This document shows, in pieces, positions 53,594 to 59,120 of a stretch of 59,120 nucleotides of DNA. Each line of letters begins with the position of its first letter. Position 1 is the first letter of the stretch. The stretch spans positions 1-59,120 of the forward strand of contig CAZHNH010000112.1 in NCBI GenBank assembly GCA_964533695.1. Direction: 5' to 3'. The stretch comes from an uncultured Nitrosopumilales archaeon (GTDB lineage Archaea > Thermoproteota > Nitrososphaeria > Nitrososphaerales > Gagatemarchaeaceae). The position numbers were made by a program, and so were the translations under genes. Under the pieces are notes generated by a model, which ran no database searches, was not told the origin of the DNA, and saw nothing but the letters and a program-made list of their open reading frames with translations.

Positions 53594-54727
53594 TCAACTC
53601 CCGAAAGACATGGCGATTACAGCTCCCGTCGCTGTCGGGTTTCCTCTCCACGACATCGCTAGGGTCCTGTCCACCTTGTTTACTTGATTGCTCCCCGCCT
53701 CCCCCCTCATCTGGAGAACGCACTCCAACACCTTGTGTGAGCCGTTCGCCTCGATTAGATACCCTGTTCCCAGGGAGCCTCCACTTGGGTTGAGCCTGTG
53801 ATCCTTTCCACTGAGCATCTCTAGCGCGCGCCTCTTATCTACGCCGATTGAAATCAGGTGTTGAAGAAGCTTGAATGAATAGGTATCGTCGATCTCAAGC
53901 ACATCGAATCCTTCCGTGTCCTTGATCTTTCCCTGTTTCATCGCGGATTCGAAGGAGTCTCTCGCGTACCTTGCCTCTAGCACATCCCCTCCCTCATACC
54001 ACGGAGTGGACGAGCGCCACGCCAGCCCGTCTACGAACACCGCCTCCCTACCGTTTCTCTTGATCCAGTGTTCGCTTGCCAGCACGAGGACTACCCCACA
54101 TTCGGCGTAGTCGGGCCTGTCAAACTTTCTCAGCGGGTCGACGATGGGTTCTGCCTCACCGATCTCTGACAGGCTCATTGTACCTCCATAGCTCGCTCTT
54201 GGGTTTCGAATCGCCTTCGTCTTCTCCCTCTTGACCACTAAACTCACATCGTCCCGGCTCAAGCCCGCTCCGTCCATGAACGCGCTCATTTCGAGTCCAG
54301 CCAGAACGTCCGCGTTTGCCCCGGCAACTCTGTGAAACTGGGGGTCGAGCGCGAGGTTTTCTACCTGTGTCTTCTCCAGGACATCGGCAACCTTGCTATG
54401 TGCCTCAACCGAGACCACATCCGCAACCCCAGACTTGATATGCATGATCGCGTGTCCGAGTCCAATTATCCCGTCGGCAGGGACCGTGCAAAGAGGCCTG
54501 CGTGCCCCTCCTACCTGATCGGGAACCATTTCATCCGTTATGCTCCATCCCTCCCAGAGGTCTTCAGTGCAGCAGATGAACGAACCGACGTCCTTCCTTG
54601 GATCCAGATTTGCGTCGGCATACGCCTTAGATGCCGCTTGGTACATCATTTCCCTGGTGCTGAGGTCCGTTACTGCGGGGCGGAATCCTTCGTATCCGAC
54701 CCCAATGATTCCGACGCGATCTGTCAC
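53594..54727 (-). CDS. second thiolase-fold protein lacking the canonical Cys and His
   Basis: 377 aa with RVGIIGVGYEGF at the N-terminus. The nucleophile position reads TVPADGIIG. The His position reads NPSGGSLGTGYLIEANG, with Tyr in place of His. Confidence 0.8.
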   Translation of the reverse strand: MTDRVGIIGVGYEGFRPAVTDLSTREMMYQAASKAYADANLDPRKDVGSFICCTEDLWEGWSITDEMVPDQVGGARRPLCTVPADGIIGLGHAIMHIKSGVADVVSVEAHSKVADVLEKTQVENLALDPQFHRVAGANADVLAGLEMSAFMDGAGLSRDDVSLVVKREKTKAIRNPRASYGGTMSLSEIGEAEPIVDPLRKFDRPDYAECGVVLVLASEHWIKRNGREAVFVDGLAWRSSTPWYEGGDVLEARYARDSFESAMKQGKIKDTEGFDVLEIDDTYSFKLLQHLISIGVDKRRALEMLSGKDHRLNPSGGSLGTGYLIEANGSHKVLECVLQMRGEAGSNQVNKVDRTLAMSWRGNPTATGAVIAMSFGS

Positions 54728-54767
54728 AGCACGCTCCCCTTAGCAGGCGATATTATTCGTTTGCCCG

Positions 54768-55343
54768 CTACCGTATAGGGCGAATTATGAAAATGGCGAC
54801 GTCCCAAAGGAAGTGACTTGTTACGCTGGCCGAGAGGTCCTTGCCATAGTAGCACGTCAGCCCCCACACTGAATCAGCAACGAAGGTTGTCGCTACCCAG
54901 AGTAGGTTCCCGGTTACAAGATGCAAGCCGGCATCCACGAGGGCGACAAGTGGGGCCGACGACGCCCCGAGCCTTGGCTGCAGCCTGCTCTGCAGCGTGC
55001 CCCTGAAGTATGACTCGTATCCAACTGCATCGAATGCGAGGACACTGACCTGCAATGCAAGGGGGTTGGATGGTGCTGAAATCAGTGCGTAAATCGATGC
55101 GCCCGTCGGTCCAGATGCGCCCGGAAAACCGAATCGAACGATCGCCAAGTTCCCACAGTAGAAGATGAGATACAGCACAACGGCCGACAGGACCCCCGCC
55201 ACAAGTGCGCGAGTTCCAGGCTTCGGCCAGGAAGCACCGCCTGTGAGCAGTGCAGCCATGACCATGACTCCTGTGGAGCCGAATGTCGCAGCGACGAAGA
55301 GTCGGGAAGGGACAACGAAGAGGACAACCATTGATAGGGCCAC
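54768..55343 (-). CDS. CPBP-family intramembrane protease (CAAX/Abi-like)
   Basis: 191 aa, polytopic. GYESYFRGTLQSR (an ExxxR-type variant of motif 1) and SHFLWDVAI (His motif). Confidence 0.7.
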   Translation of the reverse strand: MALSMVVLFVVPSRLFVAATFGSTGVMVMAALLTGGASWPKPGTRALVAGVLSAVVLYLIFYCGNLAIVRFGFPGASGPTGASIYALISAPSNPLALQVSVLAFDAVGYESYFRGTLQSRLQPRLGASSAPLVALVDAGLHLVTGNLLWVATTFVADSVWGLTCYYGKDLSASVTSHFLWDVAIFIIRPIR

Positions 55344-55623
55344 AGCGGCAAATCCAGGAATGACCCCGACTCGCCGTCTCAGTTCGTTCTACCAGCCCAA
55401 CATGGTCCGTTGGTAACTGCCGGACTTGCGATGGCTTCTGATGTGCCCACGAGTTCCAGTCTTTGCTTCTTCCTTGAGGCGCTCGGTGCCTTTTCTTGTC
55501 TTTGCCGCGCGAATACCGAGAGCGGATGACGATGCGATCGCAGGCTTCGGCACTCGCCGAGGCAGGCCGCGTGACTGGGAGAAGTGGGTTCTCTTGTTCC
55601 GTGGTCGTTCATGCCAGTTCGCC

Positions 55624-56610
55624 TTACTTGGCTGCCAGCGAATTCATGGCATAGCCCACATTGCCAATCGGCATCAGTATCGGAAGGGTGACTCCTGCCT
55701 TCCTATACTCCTCGACCCTGTCTAAGGCATGATCGGCGCTCCCCGCAAGAGTGAGCGCTTCGATGGCTTCTTCTGGCACCAGGCGCCCTGCCTGAGGAAT
55801 GTCTCCTTTCTTCCAAGCTTCTTTCATCGGGGACAGTTTCTCCTCCGTCACCCCGTATTCTCGGAGCGTTTCAGAGTGTACGACTTCGGCGAGCTGGTAG
55901 AGAAAGAAGTAGAACCCTCTAACAGCCTGTACTGCGTTTTCACGGCTTGGATCCACAGAGGTCATCATGTACGACGCTCTCTCAACTGACCGCCCGCTCC
56001 TTGCCTCTCCTTTCGCCACATTCCTGACCATCCTGGCGGTCACTCCTGCTGTGCTCAACGCAGGCGAGAGGATGATCCCATCAGCCACAGCCGCCGCGTG
56101 TGCCTGTGTCTTCGGCGACAACGAGGCTATAAATATCGGAATCTCGGTCGAGGGCTTGAAACCGAGGGACAGGTTGTGTACCTTGAAGAATTCTCCATCG
56201 AAGTCGACTTTATCGCCCTTCCACAACGACCTCACTATCTTCACATACTCCGCGATTCTTACGAGAGGTCTTGTCCGTTCTACGGGGAAGATTTCATATC
56301 CTATCAATGGGATAGTGGGGAAACTTCCCAGACCCACTCCTAGCACTACCCTCCCTTGAGAAAGTTCGGCCAGAGTCGCGAAGGTGGCAGCGGCAGCGAC
56401 AGGGTGCCTCGTGAAAGTGTTAATCACCCCAGAGCCTATTCTGATTCTGCTCGTTGCCCCGATCATTGTCGCGATGCAGGTGACCACGTCACGCTGGTAG
56501 AGGCTTTCGTGCATCCAAATGGAATCATACCCGAGCTTCTCTGCCTCTGAAGCCACTCTTGTTGACTCCCCTGCGCTCATGACAGGGTTGAAGCCTAGTG
56601 CAAGCTTCAC
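55624..56610 (-). CDS. LLM-class flavin/F420-dependent oxidoreductase
   Basis: 328 aa with luciferase-like TIM-barrel signatures (YDSIWMHESLYQRD, RVVLGVGLG). Confidence 0.85.
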   Translation of the reverse strand: MKLALGFNPVMSAGESTRVASEAEKLGYDSIWMHESLYQRDVVTCIATMIGATSRIRIGSGVINTFTRHPVAAAATFATLAELSQGRVVLGVGLGSFPTIPLIGYEIFPVERTRPLVRIAEYVKIVRSLWKGDKVDFDGEFFKVHNLSLGFKPSTEIPIFIASLSPKTQAHAAAVADGIILSPALSTAGVTARMVRNVAKGEARSGRSVERASYMMTSVDPSRENAVQAVRGFYFFLYQLAEVVHSETLREYGVTEEKLSPMKEAWKKGDIPQAGRLVPEEAIEALTLAGSADHALDRVEEYRKAGVTLPILMPIGNVGYAMNSLAAK

Positions 56611-56653
56611 ACTTTGGCTCCTTTTCAGTTTCGTAATAAGCCTTTGAGATGCA

Positions 56654-58048
56654 TCATCGTACTCTGAGGGAACCGATAAGTCCGGTCAAGTCGTCGGCCT
56701 TCTCCAGCTCCCAGAGACGGAAAAGCACCTCAGCAGCTCTCTTCTTGCCGAGTTTTCTGCTCGTCAGACCAAGGAATTTTGACTCGATCTCTCGTTTGTT
56801 CATCGGGTTTCCCGGATGCCCCTTTGGCAGTATAGACTCGGTGGACACCTTCTCCCCGCCGATGAGCGTGACTGATATCCGATTCGGCATCCCTCTTGAC
56901 GGGTAGAGGGAGGTGAACTTGCCGTCTTCCACAACTCGCACCTTCCTAACGAGTCGGAGAGTAGGGGGGTCGTTAAGACTCTTCGAAGTGTATGATGCGT
57001 TGTCGATTTTCCCCTTCGCCAGGACTGCCCCTACGATATACGGGAGGCTATGATCGGCCGTTTCCTTGGTGGAAGGTCTCCACTTCTCTTTGTCTTTGCC
57101 AAGGATTGAATATCCCGCCTCGTGAGTCTGAACGAGAATCGAACTGATCCTTCCAAAATCTCTTACCCTCTTCCTGAGCTCGATGGCGGCCCAAACGGCA
57201 GTCTGCGCGTGATATTCCACTGGCCAATACTTCATGCAAGTCTCGCTCAACTTGAAGCCTCGCGACCTTCCGCGGCCGCTTCCGTCCTCCTTTTTACCGC
57301 CGAACCCTTCGACGTCCAGTTCGAAGGGACCCGAAACCTGTCTGAAGAATCCCATTTCGCCTTCAAAGATTGGAGAGGGACCTTTCATCCCTTGTCTAGC
57401 GAGGAGGGCTGAGAAGACGGCGTTCCTTGCTGCGTTGGAGAACGAGGCACCTTTCCACATCGTGAGGCTCCCTGCTCTCACCTGCCGCATCGCGATGTGA
57501 CTGTTGAGAGCTATGTTGACCGCTTCGGCCAGCTCACTCCGGCTCAGCCCAAGGAGCTTTCCGGCTGCGAGGGCGCTGGAAACGAGGCCGTAACAGACGT
57601 GATCCCAGCCTCTGTGCCTTATGTCCGCGGCGTCGCAGAGCCTGCACTGAATCTCATATGCGATGACAGTCGATAGTATTAGCTTCCGCCCATTTACGCC
57701 AACGCTCTCCGCGACTGACAGAGTGGCGCCTATGTTGTCACTTGGATGGGCAGGCTCTTTTGAGAGATAGGTGTCATTAAAGTCGAAGTACCTTATCATC
57801 AAGCCGTTTACGAAAGTCGCCAAATCCGGTGTCGTCCTATCTCTCGTGCCGAGGACGGTGGACGGCCCGTCATGAACGGTAGACGTCGCCACTCTACGAG
57901 CTATCCTTACAGGTGCCTCGTCGAATGCGCCTATGGCACAGCCGAGGGCGTCGACGATCCTCTTCTTGGCTTCCGACACGACTTCAGCGCCAATGTCAGA
58001 ATACGAGATACGGTAGGTATAGTCGGCGAGCCGCTCGGCGAGATTCAA
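56654..58048 (-). CDS. MmgE/PrpD family protein (2-methylcitrate dehydratase-like)
   Basis: 464 aa with a TTG start. The N-terminus LAERLADYTYRISYSDIGAEVVSEAKKRIVDALGCAIGA is typical of PrpD. Confidence 0.9.
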   Translation of the reverse strand: MNLAERLADYTYRISYSDIGAEVVSEAKKRIVDALGCAIGAFDEAPVRIARRVATSTVHDGPSTVLGTRDRTTPDLATFVNGLMIRYFDFNDTYLSKEPAHPSDNIGATLSVAESVGVNGRKLILSTVIAYEIQCRLCDAADIRHRGWDHVCYGLVSSALAAGKLLGLSRSELAEAVNIALNSHIAMRQVRAGSLTMWKGASFSNAARNAVFSALLARQGMKGPSPIFEGEMGFFRQVSGPFELDVEGFGGKKEDGSGRGRSRGFKLSETCMKYWPVEYHAQTAVWAAIELRKRVRDFGRISSILVQTHEAGYSILGKDKEKWRPSTKETADHSLPYIVGAVLAKGKIDNASYTSKSLNDPPTLRLVRKVRVVEDGKFTSLYPSRGMPNRISVTLIGGEKVSTESILPKGHPGNPMNKREIESKFLGLTSRKLGKKRAAEVLFRLWELEKADDLTGLIGSLRVR

Positions 58049-58100
58049 GGAGTCGCCGTTCTATCACCGGCGATTTAGGCATACCGTTGCACGAGAACCG

Positions 58101-58106
58101 TTAAAT
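58101..58106 (+). promoter_or_regulatory. TATA-box candidate (TTAAAT) upstream of the acyl-CoA dehydrogenase gene
   Basis: Ends 34 nt upstream of the TTG at 58140. A mirror-image CTAAAT box on the minus strand lies about 30 nt upstream of the prpD-like start. Confidence 0.3.
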
Positions 58107-58139
58107 CGGCCTTGAAGAGGTGCGAGGACGGCTCTCGCT

Positions 58140-59120
58140 TTGCCTCTGTTCAGCGCCGAGCACAAGACCTTACTGAAGACATTCCATCCTGCAGTTCACG
58201 AAGAGTATGCCGAGATACTGAACTCACTGGCTGGGTTCATGGAGAAAGAGCTGATGCCCCTCTCATCGAAGTTCGATGCAGGGCTGGAGCCCATCGGCCC
58301 ATCCAGAAAGAGATTGCTGGAGAACGGTATCTCCCAGATTCCGTTTCCGACGACCTATGGCGGTCTGGGCCTCCCGTTCTCGGTGTACGCGAGCGCCATA
58401 GAGCTGCTTGGAACAGCCGATGCTTCCACCGCACTCAGCGTGGAGATACACAACGCCGTAGCCGAAGGCATCTTCAGATTCGGGAGCGAAGAGCAGAAGT
58501 CCAACCTTATCCCTCATCTGGTTACCGGGAAGAGGCTCGCTTCTTTCGCCCTTACCGAACCCGGGTCTGGTTCAGACGCAAGGACCGTCAGGACGACAGC
58601 CAAGCCCATGAAAGATGGCTATGTACTGAACGGCACTAAGACTTTCATAACGAACGCGGGAGAAGCAGACCTCTACATGGTGTTCGCCCGGAGCGAAAAG
58701 GGTCCCTCTTGCTTCTTGGTGGATTCTCCAAGTCCGGGCCTAAAGTTCGGGACACCGATGTCGAAACTGGGGATGAGGGGTTCTCGCACTTGCGAAGTCA
58801 CGTTCGAGAACTGTCATGTCCCAGGCAGGAACCTCGTCGGCGTCGAAGGGGAGGGAATCGACTATGCGACGCAGATTCTCCACGCGGCGCGCATAATTGT
58901 CGCGGCCCTTAACGTCGGCATATCCAGACTTGCCTACAACAAGGCGCTGGACTATGCTAAGCAGAGAACCGCCTTCGGAAGACCCATATCTGAATTCCAG
59001 CTCACACGAGAGAAAATTGCAGACATGAAGACAGGAATCAACGCTGGCCGACTCCTGTACTACTACGCGTCTCACCTGAAGGAGGAGGGTCTGGACTATT
59101 CATCGGAGGCTGCGCAGGCG
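58140..59120 (+). CDS. acyl-CoA dehydrogenase, 3' end runs off the window
   Basis: Not in the supplied ORF track because it has no stop in the window. Reading from the TTG at 58140 gives PLFSAEHKTLLKTF...FALTEPGSGSDA...GTKTFITNAGEADLYMVFA...GMRGSRTCEVTFENCHVP...QRTAFGRPISEFQ, a classic ACAD pattern. The listed ORF 58112-58639 is a different frame. Confidence 0.9.
   Translation, partial: MPLFSAEHKTLLKTFHPAVHEEYAEILNSLAGFMEKELMPLSSKFDAGLEPIGPSRKRLLENGISQIPFPTTYGGLGLPFSVYASAIELLGTADASTALSVEIHNAVAEGIFRFGSEEQKSNLIPHLVTGKRLASFALTEPGSGSDARTVRTTAKPMKDGYVLNGTKTFITNAGEADLYMVFARSEKGPSCFLVDSPSPGLKFGTPMSKLGMRGSRTCEVTFENCHVPGRNLVGVEGEGIDYATQILHAARIIVAALNVGISRLAYNKALDYAKQRTAFGRPISEFQLTREKIADMKTGINAGRLLYYYASHLKEEGLDYSSEAAQA

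Noticed and set aside
55379-55612. 77-aa minus-strand ORF in the 280-nt spacer between the LLM oxidoreductase and CPBP protease genes
   Set aside because: It is a basic, low-complexity translation with no motif, and an equally long ORF exists on the other strand (55426-55725). The support is insufficient. The spacer more likely holds the CPBP promoter.
58112-58639. 175-aa ORF in the supplied track
   Set aside because: It is in the wrong frame. The frame starting at the TTG at 58140 gives an unmistakable acyl-CoA dehydrogenase that stays open to the window end.
1-59120. CRISPR arrays, IS elements, integrases, prophage or defence islands
   Set aside because: I saw no direct-repeat/spacer periodicity, no terminal inverted repeats flanking a transposase-like ORF, and no integrase, recombinase or restriction-type motifs in any frame. 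The only exact repeat noticed is the 2 x 30 bp in-frame duplication at 12911-12970.

Overview
Archaeal chromosomal segment, densely packed, with about 65 protein genes. Many gene junctions show short stop/start overlaps (ATGA, GTGA, TTGA), and TTG/GTG starts are common. I found no rRNA, CRISPR array, transposase or integrase.

The left third is core information-processing and isoprenoid genes: uS2, MEMO, mevalonate kinase, IP kinase, GGPP synthase, GluRS, L7Ae-S28e-L24e-NDK-aIF5B-S6e, then S27ae-S24e-DPCK-Spt4-Rpo7-NadE-PIN-aIF2gamma.

The middle holds sugar-nucleotide genes and a complete non-oxidative pentose-phosphate operon (split transketolase with rpe between the halves, plus transaldolase). 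It also holds SOD, an Ogg glycosylase, heme O and heme A synthases, ThiI, thioredoxin, TyrRS, AsnRS, RadA, a large N-glycosylation-rich surface protein and inositol-phosphate synthase.

The right end is an acyl-CoA/ketone-body-type catabolic neighbourhood: a canonical thiolase, BCAT, two DUF35 proteins, an acetoacetyl-CoA-synthetase-like ligase, two degenerate thiolase-fold proteins, an LLM oxidoreductase, PrpD/MmgE and an acyl-CoA dehydrogenase.

One clear RNA gene is present: a tRNA-Tyr(GUA) carrying two introns. Together with the aerobic markers this suggests a TACK/Thermoproteota-like aerobic archaeon, but that lineage call is inference only.

Most interesting items:
- An operon of two thiolase-fold proteins lacking the Cys/His catalytic residues, an AACS-like ligase and two DUF35 proteins.
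- An HExxH protein translationally coupled to a fusion of a nucleotidyltransferase-fold domain and a RIO-like kinase domain.
- An eL22-like small protein with a Lys/Glu tail.
- An orphan tRNA-like acceptor/T-arm minihelix.
- Two long hairpin-rich non-coding spacers that probably encode structured RNAs I could not identify.
- A frameshifted Rieske remnant.
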